Source of the DNA: Octopus sinensis
Lineage: Eukaryota
Direction of reading: 5' to 3'
Assembly (NCBI RefSeq): GCF_006345805.1
Contig: NC_043001.1
Location: forward strand, 38,750,001-38,814,000
DNA length: 64,000 nt
This document shows positions 38,698 to 51,879 of the stretch, one piece after another. The first letter of the stretch is position 1. Every line of letters begins with the position of its first letter. The position numbers were made by a program, and so were the translations under genes. A model generated the notes under the pieces. It made no database searches. It saw only the letters and a program-made list of their open reading frames with translations, and had not been told where the DNA came from.

Positions 38698-39756
38698 CTA
38701 GCAGCTAAGCCTGGTTTCACCCGGTCTGTTTGGATGATGTGGCTGTGATCATTTTCGGTTAGGCATAATCTATAACAGAGTTTTTTCAACCTTATCATTT
38801 CGAGTCCCGTTTCAATTGGAGCTGTATGAAAATTTTCTGACCCCAACCCCTTGTCAGAAAGCAGCTTCAGGAACTGTGAAGAAAGAATTTGTATGTAGTC
38901 TGTTTCTGAGAGCTATTCTATTGGACCTACGTCTAATCACATCTTTTAAGGTACTCACACGTACATAGAAAATTTGAGGTCATGGTAGAAAATTTTTATG
39001 ATAGTTGATTTATGGAAAAGATTGTTAAATTTTTGAAATGCAAATATGTGAATGAAAATTAAGTTCAGACCTCTACATGGTAGCTAGACCTGGTATAAAT
39101 AGCAGCCAAATCTCCCTCAAAATACTCTACAGTCTTTATCTGACAATTCTGTGTATTATGTAGTTATAATGAGAAACTGTAACTAAAGATTAAGATGATC
39201 AACCCCACAAAGAGGTGAAAGAAGAGAGACAGCATAGTAAAAGTTTTGGCTGACTGTCATCCTGTACTCCCATTGTTGCTAGCAAAATGGTATATGCCGG
39301 CTGTGTGAGCAACTGGTTGTTTTAATGGCAGAAGAAACAGAAATTTCATTAGAAAAAGTTTTAATCAATTTTCTCGATAAGTATTGGGGCTAGGAAAAAA
39401 ATACAAGATGCATTAAAAAGTTGACGTTAAGAATTGCTTTAACAGTTAGAAAATGTTCGACATTTCAATTGTCACCATATAATGAAGCTGTAAGAACTTA
39501 CGGGGAGATTGTATGTATGAAGTAAAGCAGCAATGATTTTTAACTGTACTGCCAAAGTTCTGCAACTTAATAGCAGATGTATCCAATTTAAGAAAAGTGC
39601 AGATAAAAGCTAAGTGGAGAAGTATTGAATAAGTCATTCTTATATGCTTTTAGAAAAAATATCCATGTACCTTTTTAGAGAACACAATGTGCCTGAAAGC
39701 TATTGTATTGGACCTCTGTCTAATCAGAGAGCAGAAATTGAAAGATATATGAAATG

Positions 39757-39804
<48 letters not shown>

Positions 39805-40487
39805 CGTGCATGCATGTGTATGTGAGAGAAAGAGAGATAGAATTGCTTTTGTTAGTGTGCGTGAAGAGACAAACAGAGTAATGTTGCTGGTGTGTGTGTG
39901 TGTGAGAGAGAGAGAGAAAGAACTGAAATTTTTTATTCACTTTTTGTAGTGAGTGAATGTGTGAGTGATTGACAGTGAAAAAGCGAGAGAAAGAGAGGTT
40001 ATGTATGTAAGTATGAATGACTTCAGTGACATACACACACGCAAGCATGCAGGTTTTATGTATTTATGCCTGTATGTATGTATGTATCTATGTATATTTG
40101 AGAGAAAGTTAAATGAAATTTTATTCATTTGTTGTAGTGAGTGAATGTGTGAGTGACTGACAGAGAAAAGGAGAGAGAGGTTATGTATATATGAATGACT
40201 GAATGGCTTTGGCTAACTGTCATATACACCCCTTGTTGCTAGCAAAATGGTATATGCCAACTGTGTGAGCAACTGGTTGTTTTAATGGCAGAGGAATTCC
40301 ATTAGAAAACGTTTTAATCGATTTTCTTGGTAACTATGAGGGCTAGGAAAAAATCGCATCCCAATCTATGCACCTATCTCAAAATATGTGCCATTTTTCA
40401 CGCAAATCCACCCAGCCATTTGGCTGTGAACCTCAAGACAAGGAAGAATACAACGATTGCCCATGTCCAATTTATATTAAAAAATAG
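38698..40487 (-). mobile_element. Non-autonomous Helitron-like element with internal duplication and (GT)n
   Basis: A|CTAGCAGCTAAGCCTGGTTTCACCCGG (minus 3' CTAG|T with GC-rich subterminal motif); duplicated block TTGTTGCTAGCAAAATGGTATATGCC at ~39272 and ~40232; ends TTTATATTAAAAAATAG. Confidence 0.5.
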
Positions 40488-40550
40488 CTGTATGTGTATG
40501 TAGGTATGCATGATCTAAGTGCATGCTTATGTGGACTACATGTGCACATA

Positions 40551-41996
40551 CAGTGACAACACAAAGTCAGAAATCCAAATTTGCATATATTGAGTTAATG
40601 CAGGTTAATGAAATTTATACCGTTTATGAAGTTTTTTGTAATAAATTCAATGCAGCAATCAGAATTACATTACATTGAAGAGAAACAAATTTATATGGAA
40701 AAAAAGTTGAACTTCAAAATGCAAAAGTTTACAATACATTTATACAATTAAATCTGTATTTAGTTACATAACCCTTGTTGATGATGAGAGCTTGCAGACA
40801 CTTTGAATAGTTTCCTAAATACTTTTTATGTATGTAGGGGCCTATTTTTCCCCATTCTTCTACACAAATTCTTTTCAATTCTTGTAAGTTACATGGATTT
40901 CTTTTTTGAACTCTGAGTTTCAATTTTTACCACAAATTTTTGATTGGATTATAGTCTGGAGATTGACTTCGCCATTCCAAAATATTAATCCCATTTGTTT
41001 TCAGCTAATATTTGGTCAGCTTTGCTGTGTGCTTTGAATCGTTATCATGTTGAAAGGCCCATCCTTGTTCCATGTTTAGGGAGCAAGCACTAGGTATTAA
41101 ACATCACTCTAAAATCTCCCTATATATTTCCCCATCCATTGTTCTTTTTATTATTTCTATTCTACCAATACCCGATGAGCAAAAACAAGTCCATACCATT
41201 ACTGATCCACCTCTGAATTTGACTGTACGGATAGTATTCTATGGCAGGTACTCTATGCTGTTCTCTCTTTAAACCTCGTTGATTGAGTTTCTGCTGAGAA
41301 GCTCAATCTTAGTTTTGTCAGACCAAACTACGTTTTCCCAATATGTTGCTGGTTCACTTAAATGTCTCTTTGCAAAGGCCAAATGAAATTTAAAGTGACA
41401 TTTCTTAAACAATGGAGTCTTTCTTGGAGAAGCAGAAAAGTGATCCTAATAACAAAGTGATCTACTAATTATATCTTTGCTCACATATACTTCACATGCT
41501 TCCAGGTCTTCCTGCAACTTCTTGAGTGTGGTTTGTGCTCTATTACTAGCTGTCCTTGTAAGTTTTCTTGCTGTATGCTCTGCTAACTTACATGGGTGAC
41601 TTGAACAGACTAGAGAGAGATTTCCAGTTATACATTAGCATACCAAATGAACTCAGTGGCACATTAAGCTGTGCAGAAATATTTCTGTACCCACTGCCAC
41701 TCTTATTAAGATCAACAATACGCTCATAAAGGTCTTAACCAATTTGTTTATTTTTACCCAGAACTGATGTCAGAACTGATGCAATGGCTATAATTCTTCA
41801 CAAACAAAACTCAAATCTTCTTGAACACTATGGATATTTTGGGAAACAAAATCATTTTTATTCAAAATATATGAAAAATTATTCAATTGAGTTAAACTTT
41901 TGTTTTGAATTTCAACTTTTTTCCAAATAAAGTTTTTTTCTGTTCATTATTATGTAATTCTGATTGTTGCACTGAATTTATTACAAAAACTTCATA
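40551..41996 (-). mobile_element. Decayed Tc1-family transposon with long TIRs; one TIR truncated
   Basis: ORF 40729-40923 (RNPCNLQELKRICVEEWGKI...KGYVTKY), relic of the W..QSPDYNPI motif; TA|CAGTG start; 40625-40735 is inverted at ~41890-41996. Confidence 0.8.
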
Positions 41997-41999
41997 TAT

Positions 42000-44852
42000 G
42001 GAAGCCTCTGATGATAGAGAAGAGGAGGAGCTAGGAACATACAGCTTAGAGGACAAATGAAAGTTTCTGCAGGACAATCTACTGAGAGCTGCAAACCAAA
42101 TCTGGTGCAAAGTCCCAGCTAAGCTGAGGGTGACATGGTGGTGGAATAGGGAGGTGGACAGCGCTATAAAAGTGAAGAGACAAGCCTAGAAGGACTGGAA
42201 AAATGGTGGAAAAATTATATCAGGTAGCCAGAAGGGAAGCTAGGTGACAGGTTTACATAGCAAAAGGAACAGCAGAAGGCAAGAGCTATGCCAATGTTCT
42301 ATGGTGTGAGGATCAGAGTTGTAAGGTGTTCAGGATAGCAAAGCATGTATCAGAGATAATAGGTGTGTATGTTGGGTGAGAAATGTGTGTGTGAATGGAT
42401 AATGGTATGTTTACAATTAGTGACTCAGAGAAGAAAGATGTGTTGAAGTGCCACTAAGAAAGGTTACTAAATGTGGGAAATGAATGAGAGAAGGAGAGAC
42501 TTTCATATTTTGAAAGAACTAAGGGACCAGCCATCAGAGTTGATAGCAATATAATAGATAAGGCAATTAAGGATATGAAGACAGGTAAAGCCCCTGGACC
42601 ATCAGGTATCACTAATGAGATGATTAAAATATCTGATGGTGTAGAATGCAGCCTAGTCACTCACATAGTTAATTAGATTATTCAAGAAGGCATCATCCCC
42701 AATGACTAGTGTAGTAGTATTATAGTTAGCTGCTACAAGGGTAAAGGTGATGCTTTAGATAGAAACAACTACAGAGGTATCAAACTGCCAGACCAAGTCA
42801 TGAAAGTTACAGAGAGAGTTATAGCTCAATTGATTAGGAATAGAATTAAATTAGATGAGATGCAGTTTGGTTCATCTCATCTAGTTGGGAGTACCACAGA
42901 TGCCATCTTCCAAGTGAGACAGCTGCAGGAAAAGAATTTGGCCAAAAGTAAGCCATTGTACTTAACTTTCATTAACCTGGAGAAAGCTTTTGACAGAAGC
43001 CCCACCACTCTATTATCTAGTAGTTTCCAAGGATACTAGAAGTAGAGGAGTGGCTTGTTAGAACTGTACAAGTCATGTACAGTGGTGCTGACAGGTGAGA
43101 GTTGGCCACGAATACAGTAATGAATTTAGTGTACAGGGCTCAGTTCTTAGTCCACTCCTATTCATTATAGTCCTCCAGGCCATAACAGAGGAATTCAAAA
43201 CTGGATGCCTGTGGGAACTACAATACATGGATGACCTCACTCTTACTGCAGAGTCTGTAGCAGAATTGGAGAAGAAATTCCAGGTATGGAAGTAAAATCA
43301 GGAATCAAAGAACCTTAAAGTTAACCTAGCAAAGACCAAAGTTATTAGCAAGAAAGCAGATAAAACCCTCTTTCCGTGAAGTAAATGGCCCTGCTCAATA
43401 TGAAGGAAAGGAGTGAAAAGTAATTCTATTTGCTGCACCCAGTCTAAGCTATAGACACATAAGAGATGCAATAGAATCGAAGGTGGATTAACAGAGGAGG
43501 TCACTTTCATATATGACAGATGTGCATGAACAATAAGCACTAACAGCATACAAGACTTAGACTCTCTCAATTGCCTAGAAGGCTCTATTGAGGTAGTAGA
43601 TAGTTTCTATTACCTGGCTAACCAAATTAGCAATGAAGTGGATACTTTCAAAGTATTGTTTCTAGAAAAAGGAGAGGATGGAGGAAGTTCAAATTACTAC
43701 TACCTCTACTGGCAACAAAAGAACTCTCTCAGGGTGAAAGGTAGATTGTATGCTTGTGTACAAATGGCTATACTCCATGGTAGTGAGACATGGGCTCTGA
43801 ATGCAGAGGACATGCATAGACTAGAGAGGATTGAAAGAAGTATACTCCACTGGATGTACATGAACAACAAAGCACAGATGTGTTAAGAGAAAAGTTAGGC
43901 ATAAAAGGAATGTAATGCAGTGTGCAAGAGAGGAGACTATGTTGGTTTCGATGTGATGCATATGAATGAAGACAGCTGCATAAAGAGGTACTGGTCACTG
44001 AAAGTGGATGGCACCTGAGGAAGATGGAGATCCAGGAAGACATGGGATGAAGTGGTGAGGACTGATCTCAGGATGCTGGGGCTCCATGAGCTCCAGCATC
44101 ATGAGATCAGTCCTCACAGCATTCCCCCCCACTACATTTGCAATGCTCTGTTACATATATTATGATCTTCATCTCTTGTGGGTATACCCTGGCACTTGCC
44201 ATCATTTATCTCTCTCTTTGTTACTCTACTATCCCATCTATACTCTGCCCACCATTCCTTGTAAGTATATCCTGGCACTTCTCCCCCATCTTTGTCCTAT
44301 ATCTCTTACACCCTTGCTGTCTCCAACTCCCTCTCTCTCTTTCTCTTGCTATTCCCTCTGGATGGGTAATCATGTGTCTCTTCAGCACACCTCTTTCTGT
44401 CCTCATTCTTGATCAGTCTCTCCCCCTCCATCTCTTACTCTTACCTCTGGCAAGGTAACCATGTATCTCCTTTATAGTAGCTCATCTGTTTTTGTCCTCT
44501 TTCTTATTAACTCCCTCTCTCTCTCTCTCTGTTCGGGTAACCATGTATCTCCTCTGTAGCAAACATCTGTTTTCATCTCTTTGTCAGACACTAACTTTTC
44601 ATCATCTGATAAAAGATCACTTTCTTCCATGACCCCTCTCCTCTCCAAGATTCCTTGTCTTGTAAGTTACTGGTGCCACTTAAAAAGCACCCAGTCCATA
44701 CTATAAAGTGGTTGGCATTTGGAAGGGCATCCAACTATAAAAACCATGCCAAAACAGACACAGAAGTATGGTGCAGTCTTCTGTCTGGCTAGCTCCTGTC
44801 AAACCATCCAACCCATGCCAGCATGGAAGGAGGACATTAAACGATGATGATG
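42000..44852 (+). mobile_element. Degenerate RTE LINE
   Basis: ORFs 42800-43039 and 43095-43295 (QGSVLSPLLF...LQYMDD); tail ATGATGATGAT at ~44845. Confidence 0.9.
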
Positions 44853-45654
44853 ATATATACACACAAACAAACACATAAACATATACACATGTTCACAAAT
44901 ACTGACTGAATATACAACATTTATGCAAAGTTACACAAGAGTACACTCATGGCATATGCTCCAGTTGTCTAAAGGCTCAAGATCCAACATGGAGAAATTT
45001 CCGAGTGTGGGGAAGTATAAACAATAACACAGAAGAGTTGAAGTCCACTACAGCTGTTTCAGACATGTTCTTTACTGATGGACAAAAATAGTACATCATG
45101 TAAAAAACCTGTTTTCTTCAGTGAATTATGAGTACAATTTAATACTTAGGATTCTTCACATAAATAGAACATAATACAAGTTGACCCTCCCATCTTAGTT
45201 ACTGCTGACACATATATATATATATGCACATATACATACACATACATTATACTGGTGAACAAGCAAAATCTATACACTCGTAAGTATACGTAGGTGTGTA
45301 TGTGTGTGTATGTTCTATTTTATGTGACATGTGAGGTTATTGATCATTTGCATAACAAGGAAAAGTGTATATATTTGGAGCTTCGACATTGATCATTGTA
45401 TTCATTGCAGGACACTGATGACATGAAACACATGGCTGCATGTTTCTACTACTGTTATGTGATTATTTCAGCAGATCATGTGTTTGTTTATTGTTTTTCC
45501 CAATTATTTGACTCATATTCCACACTCAAGCTGATCTCAAGTTGGTGCCTTGCATTGTACTACACTGGATACAGGAGTAGAATATGGAATCCACTAATAA
45601 GCCCAATTTTGGTTGAGTATTGCATTTTACTGCACTCCCTCTCCTTGATATATC

Positions 45655-47495
45655 ACCTTCATCATCATCATTTAACACCTGTTTTCTACACTGGCATGAG
45701 TCAGATCGCTTGACAGGAGCTGACAAAACTGGGAGCTGCTTCAAGTTCTGTTGTCTGTTGTGACATGGTCTCTACAGCTGGATACCCTTCCTATCACGAA
45801 CCACTTTACATAGTGCACTGGGTGGTTTTTATGTAATACCAGCACCAAGAGGGTCCCAAAGTGCCTTGCAAAACAAGAAAAGCCTCAACTAGGAGGGTGA
45901 TTAGTATTGAGTTTGTGTGGCTTCGAGCCATTTGAAAGGTTAGAGGTATAGAAGGACAGAAAAAGGTATTTGCAGTAGAGTAGATAGATGGATACTCCAG
46001 TTGGGAAGGAAAATAGAGTGGGTTACAGAGTAAGATAAAGAAAGTGATAGTGACAAAAACGTTTCAGGACATACACTCAAGGAATACAGGGGGTGTTGAG
46101 AATAAGTAAGGTGATACAGAATAAATGAGGTAAGTGAGCAGGGTAAAGGTGACTGTAGCAAATGACAAAGAGAGAAATATAGGAGAGGCTCAGGGGTGAG
46201 GGTTGCAATAGATATGTGAGGGGATTGGAGATGACAGTCAATAAATAAGATGTCAATGATGGAGAAGAGCAAAGGGGAGAGAAGATACAGAAAAACAATG
46301 ATTGATGAAGACAGAAGATGGGAAGATAATGGAAAATAAAAGTGGTTTGAGGTGGAGGAACAAAGGTAACTGAGAAACTAGGGAGATGTAGTATGTGCCT
46401 TTTCTGTTCTTAGGCAGTAGAAAAATGATGGGTGTTTGTAGGAGAAATGTGTGAGTGTGTAGTGGTGGAATGGTTGATAGGGCAGAGAGGATGGAGGTGG
46501 AGATAGGGCAAAACATAGACAAGCATTACCAAAGTGATTTTAGGATATCAATTCTACTGTAGTAGATGAGTCTTCTTCAGTACAGCAAGGTACCAGGTAT
46601 TTCAGTCCTTTCTCATTTCCTTAATAAGGCTCAGTGTCTTGAGATCAGCCTTCAATGCTTTGTCCCATGTCATCATAGGTCTTTCTTTTCCATAAGTTCC
46701 ATATACATTAAGTGACTGGCACTTCTTTATGCTACTGTCCTCATCCATAGGTATCGCATGAATAAACCAGTCCAGACTTATCTCTTGCACACTGCATTAA
46801 TTCCTCTTATGCCTAAATATTTTCTCAATACACTAACACTCTGCTGTACATGTATACTGGCAATGCACATCTGAACAAAGCATACTAGCTCCATTCCTTT
46901 CTAGTCTCAACATGTTCTCTACATTCAGGGCCCATGTTTGACTATCATGTGGAATTGCTGTTTGTACACATGCATCATACAATCTTCCTTTCATTTGGAG
47001 ACAGTGTGATCTTTGATTTCCAGCAAAGACAAAAGCTCCGAATTTTCTCCATTCTATTCCCATTCCAGCAGTTACACTTTTGGAACATCCTCCTCTACTG
47101 CTAATTAGGTAAGCTAGGTAGTAAAAATTATTCACTACCTGTACAGAGCCTAAGGATCATTTGAGAAATTCAACTTCCTGTGTATCTGTAGACTTTATGG
47201 ATCCTGTGCATCTTCCACATGCAAAAGCTACTTTCTCTTTTAACCTTCCTATTATTCCACTTCACCATAACTTTCACTGGATACACCATTTGGAATTCCA
47301 GCCAACACATATGCTACATATCAAGCAGGACATTTACCTGAAGGGGTAGGAAACTGTCAGTTTCCTTGCTTAATAGGAGCTTGGACTTTGTCAAGCTAAT
47401 TTTAATTAAAGGTTTTGCTTCAATGTCTGGAATTTCTTTTCTAGTTCTGTTACAGAATCTGCTATGAGAGCAATCATCAGCATATAGCAGTCCCC
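45655..47495 (-). mobile_element. Degenerate RTE LINE 3' half
   Basis: (CAT)n tail at ~45660; ORF 46833-47135 (MKGRLYDACVQTAIPHDSQTWAL). Confidence 0.85.
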
Positions 47496-47504
47496 AATGG
47501 CAGG

Positions 47505-47507
<3 letters not shown>

Positions 47508-47592
<85 letters not shown>
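47508..47592. repeat. (CT)n(AT)n compound microsatellite
   Basis: Direct inspection. Confidence 0.95.
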
Positions 47593-47599
<7 letters not shown>

Positions 47600-47619
47600 G
47601 AGAGAGAGAAAGAGAGATA

Positions 47620-48645
47620 AAAATTACTTGGAAAAGGATGTGTGGCATTCGATCATATAATAATATTAATATATGCATATATACATACATATATGTACAT
47701 ATCTACATATATATGTATATATACATGCATATATAGGTACAGGACATCAAAAAAACGTTGAACACAATGAGAAACGAAAATATAACACAAAAACAGAAAA
47801 CGAACATTTTTTGAACAACGAAAAAACAAACAGAGAAATGAGACACGCAACATAACGAATATTCCCCTTCATCAGTTGTCCCTGTTTCATCTACTCCACG
47901 TTTCGAAAGCAAGGACAATAAGCGACTTTTTTGAAACAGTCTTTCCCGCAAAATAAATTAAAGAAAATTTGGGATTTTTTGTGGAGGGTGAAAGTGGTAA
48001 CAAGAACAGGACAGTGAGAACAAGACAGTAAAACAGACGGTGAGGGCTGTTAAGCCAAGACGATAGAAAAATTATTATGAACACTAGGAAGATGAGCTTA
48101 TGAGAAGAGACAAGTTTAAGCATGTTGTCTTTAGGAAGGAAATGGGCAGAAAGATAGATTCTCTTTTGTCACATGCCAGCGATGAGAGAGTCAAGAAGGA
48201 AGAGTGAGAGAGAGGGAACGGTGAAGAGAAGAGAAGAATAGGAAAGGTCGGGAGAGAAAACCAGAAAGGATGAAGAACATGAGAGAGAGAGATAGACAGA
48301 GAAGAGATAGTAGAGATAGAAGAATGCGCATTGTAATTATTAAGATAAAACTTACTTGGAAAAGGATGCGTGGTGTTTGATCATATAATAATATAAATAA
48401 TATATAAATAAATGCATATATACATACATATTGGCCTGCTCGCTTAGCCAGCGGGGTGGCATCATTTGAAGGCTAAAACAATGCGAAGCGCATTGAACCA
48501 GCGATGTGTAGCAACATCTGATAGCCTGGTCAGTCACGTGATCACGTGATATACATACATATATGTACATACCTACATATATGTATATATACATGCATAT
48601 ATGGGTAGAAACATTTATATATGGGATGAAGGGGAATATTCTTGA
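47620..48645. mobile_element. Penelope-like terminal region with ~110-bp direct repeat
   Basis: TTACTTGGAAAAGGATG...GATCATATAATAATAT at ~47624 and ~48352; PLE assignment is tentative. Confidence 0.4.
48430..48548 (+). mobile_element. 119-bp 5'-truncated non-LTR 3' end with (CACGTGAT)n tail and 12-bp TSD
   Basis: TSD ATATACATACAT at 48418-48429 and 48549-48560; the uninterrupted site is preserved in the paralogous repeat at ~47676-47690. Confidence 0.75.
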
Positions 48646-48784
48646 AATATTTATCTATAAAATCGTCAAGAGCTTGTTTATTTTTATGTTTTTTTTATTT
48701 ATTTTTAGTGTTGCTTAATATGTTTTGCTAAAATTGCTGCTTCTTTTCAGATATCACCAGAAAAATTAATTAAAATTCATTAAA

Positions 48785-49868
48785 ATGACAGATCTATTGG
48801 ACTTTCAAAGAGAAGAAATTGTTGGTGCTCATATGGCAGGTGCTAGCATAATGCAAACAGCCCAAATGTTTAGTGTATCAAGAAGTACTGTCTTGAAAAT
48901 AACGACAGCTTTGAGAAAGAGGGAAAAACCTCCTCGGTGAAACAAAACTCTGGAAGAAAACCCAAGCTTTCAGATAGGGACTGTTGGATTCTTATGTGTA
49001 TTGTTGGAAAGGATCATAAAAGTACAGCGCCCAAAATTACTGCAGAGCTTAATGATCACTTCAAGAACCCAGTTTCCACAAAAACTGTTCACTGGGAGCT
49101 GCACAAAGCCAGATTTCACAGGAGGGCTACAATCAGAAAACCATTACTTTCAAAAACATACGTTGCAAAACATTTAGAGTGGAGTAAAAACTACCAGAAT
49201 TGGTGCATAGAGCAGTGGAAGAATGTTATTTTCTTGGACAAGTCATCCTTTACCATATTTCTGACCACCGGCCGAGTATATGTGTGGAGACAGCCAAAAG
49301 AAGCATTTGACCCAGACTGCCTTCTTTGAACTGTTAAACATGGAGGAGGATTTGTGATGATGTGTGGGGTGCTATATCTTGGATATCTGCCGGCCCAATG
49401 GTTTCTCTTCATGGCAGAATTAATAGTCAAGGCTATTTAAGCAATTTATCTGATCAAATTTATCATATGGTTGTGGAACTGTTTCTGGAGGCAAACACAA
49501 TATTTCAGGACGATAATGCACCAATTCACACAGCTAAAGTTGTTACTGAATGGCATGAGGAACAATCTAGTGAAGTTGAACATCTTATCTGGCCACCACA
49601 GTCTCCAGATCTCAATATTATAGAATATTTATGGTGCATTTTAGAAAAACAAGTAAGGATCTTGATATCCTCCACCATCATCACTACAAGAACTGGAGAT
49701 TGTTTTAGCTGAAGAATGGACAAATTTTCCTTTGGAAACAATTAAAATTTTGTACGAGTCATACCTCATAGAATTCAACCTGTAATTACTACCAAAGGCC
49801 GTCCTACCCCATATTAAAATGAATTTGTTTGAAATTTTAAGGTGTTTCTATTATTTTGTCTAACCCCT
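48785..49868 (+). mobile_element. Decayed Tc1 (DD34E) transposase and right TIR
   Basis: MTDLLDFQREEIVGA...; ORFs 48937-49329 (SGRKPKLS...WKNVIFLDKSSF) and 49362-49712 (FQDDNAPIH...WPPQSPDLNIIEYLW); ends ...TCTAACCCCTG|TA. Confidence 0.9.
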
Positions 49869-50339
49869 GTATATATATATATATATATATATCTTATTAT
49901 AAAAGGCAGATTTTATCTGCCTCCCTTTGGGAGTTATACAAATCTACAATATAGGATTTCTTCAATTACAATTTACCTAGCATTTTTAAGAGTACAATGC
50001 ATCGCGTCATGCCAGGTCCAGTTTTTAAAATTTAAACTCCAATTAAACAAAATTTACAGAAAACTCACATTCTGGTGTGTGTGTCAAATGCTTTTCTTAG
50101 TCTGGTTTACACCACACGCAAACGCACACACACAGTGGGCAACGGATAAAGTGAAACTAGATGTAATATTTGTTTCTTTCTATCACGCTGATAGATACAT
50201 GAGTAAAATGTATGGGAAGCTAACACATAAGTGTGAGTGAAAATGTTCTTGGAAGAGAGTAAATAGCCAGAGATAGTGATTTGAGGAAGACTTTACATTA
50301 AATAACCATAGTGGCTTGTGTTAGTAATAAAGTAAACAT

Positions 50340-50359
50340 ACACTCATACATACATACAT

Positions 50360-50394
<35 letters not shown>

Positions 50395-50461
50395 TACATA
50401 CATACACACACACATACATACATACACACATACATACATACATACATATACATACATACAT

Positions 50462-50492
<31 letters not shown>

Positions 50493-50615
50493 GTATTGAA
50501 GCTTGAGAACAATCAGATACATTTGCAACACATCTGTTGAAAATATTATTGTTCACACACATACATATACATATATACATACAGACAGATAGACACACAC
50601 ACACACACACACACG
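50340..50615. repeat. (CATA)n/(CA)n microsatellite block
   Basis: Direct inspection. Confidence 0.95.
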
Positions 50616-50706
50616 ATCCAGCATGGCCACAACCTCAAGGCTGAAACATATAAAAGAATAACAGAATATAAATGTGTGCATGTGTGTGAGAGAGAGAGTG
50701 TGTGTG

Positions 50707-50738
<32 letters not shown>

Positions 50739-50789
50739 TATATATATAATAATGCGGCTTTTTCAACAGCTTGAACTAAAAGTCAGAGG

Positions 50790-51185
50790 GGAATGGGATA
50801 AACTACTTATATTAACTTGCTATAAAAGCAGGTAGTAATTTTATCTTGTCCTTATTCATAGTGCAAGTTTTGAAGAGTGCATTTCGATTTTAACAGCTAT
50901 TTTTTTCAAAGCTATATTGGAACAGCCTAGAAGACGAGCCTCATCCTGAAAGATCTGTAGAACTCGACAAGGACATCCTGAAAACCCTGGTGGAACAAAA
51001 TCTCATCGTAACTGTTGAGGAACTAGCAGAGAAGCTTGGATTTGGTCATTCAACCATTCATTGAGACCTGTGTGCTATCGGAAAAGTCAGCAAATTGGGT
51101 CAATGGGTTCCTCACGAACTTTCCGAGTCTAATTGCATGCAGAGAGTGAATGTATGCTTTTCTTTGCTGTCACATCTCACCACTA
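50790..51185 (+). mobile_element. mariner transposase N-terminal relic
   Basis: SLEDEPHPERSVELDKDILKTLVEQN...EELAEKLGFGHSTIH...KLGQWVPHELS (WVPHEL motif). Confidence 0.85.
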
Positions 51186-51199
51186 CTGCGCTATGTATA

Positions 51200-51835
51200 T
51201 CTATATATATAAAACTGTAGTTGTGTGAGTGTCTGTCCCCTTCGATTTAGATTCCTAACTACTCCCACATTTTGCGGTGCAGTTTAACCAAATTCGGGTA
51301 GCTTATAGTCGTGATTCATATGGAGCCCGTCTGAGTATTAGCGCGCGTCTACGATGAGTCTACGATTTTAAAAATAATTTAACATCATTTTTTATTCCAT
51401 TTTAATGCATAATTTTTCGTGTGTCGATGGCGGCGGAGTTGGCGTCCACGCTCACACCTGCACCTGTGGGGCAGGGAGTGTAAGGAAATCAACGTTGTAA
51501 TGCGTTGTCAAGGAGACCAGCGTTCTTTTAGAACAACGACTTCATGGCTTGAAGACACCAAAATAGAAATGGCTAAGAAAGCGTCTACATGAGTCTACGA
51601 TTTAAAAAAAAATTTACCATCGTTTTTTTCCCATTTTAATGCATTTTTCGCTATTATATAAGGGAAGTAACTCTCTAAAAATGTCTACGATGAGTCAACG
51701 ATTTTTCAAAAAATTTACCATCATATTTTTTCCATTTTTAATGCATTTTTTGCTATTTTTTGGCTATAACTCTCTAAAAATGCTTATATAGTTATTTCTC
51801 TTACAAACCTGAGCAACGCCGGGCGATACTGCTAG
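51200..51835 (+). mobile_element. Non-autonomous Helitron
   Basis: A|TCTATATATATAAAACTG ... GAGCAACGCCGGGCGATACTGCTAG|T: 5'-TC, 3'-CTAG, A|T target, no TSD; three internal GTCTAC(G)ATGAGTC subrepeats. Confidence 0.8.
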
Positions 51836-51866
<31 letters not shown>

Positions 51867-51879
51867 CAAAGTACATTTG

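Noticed and set aside
47850-47935. CTGATGA plus GAAAC on minus as an intact hammerhead
   Set aside because: A 9-bp stem precedes CTGATGA, but no GAAA and helix III in a valid type I, II or III topology could be built.
5842-50610. Long ORFs over low-complexity or microsatellite DNA (e.g. 5842-6273, 11161-11583, 37955-38458, 39650-40048, 50311-50610)
   Set aside because: Products are simple-repeat translations (YIYI, HTHT, CVCV, S/P/L-rich); not genes.
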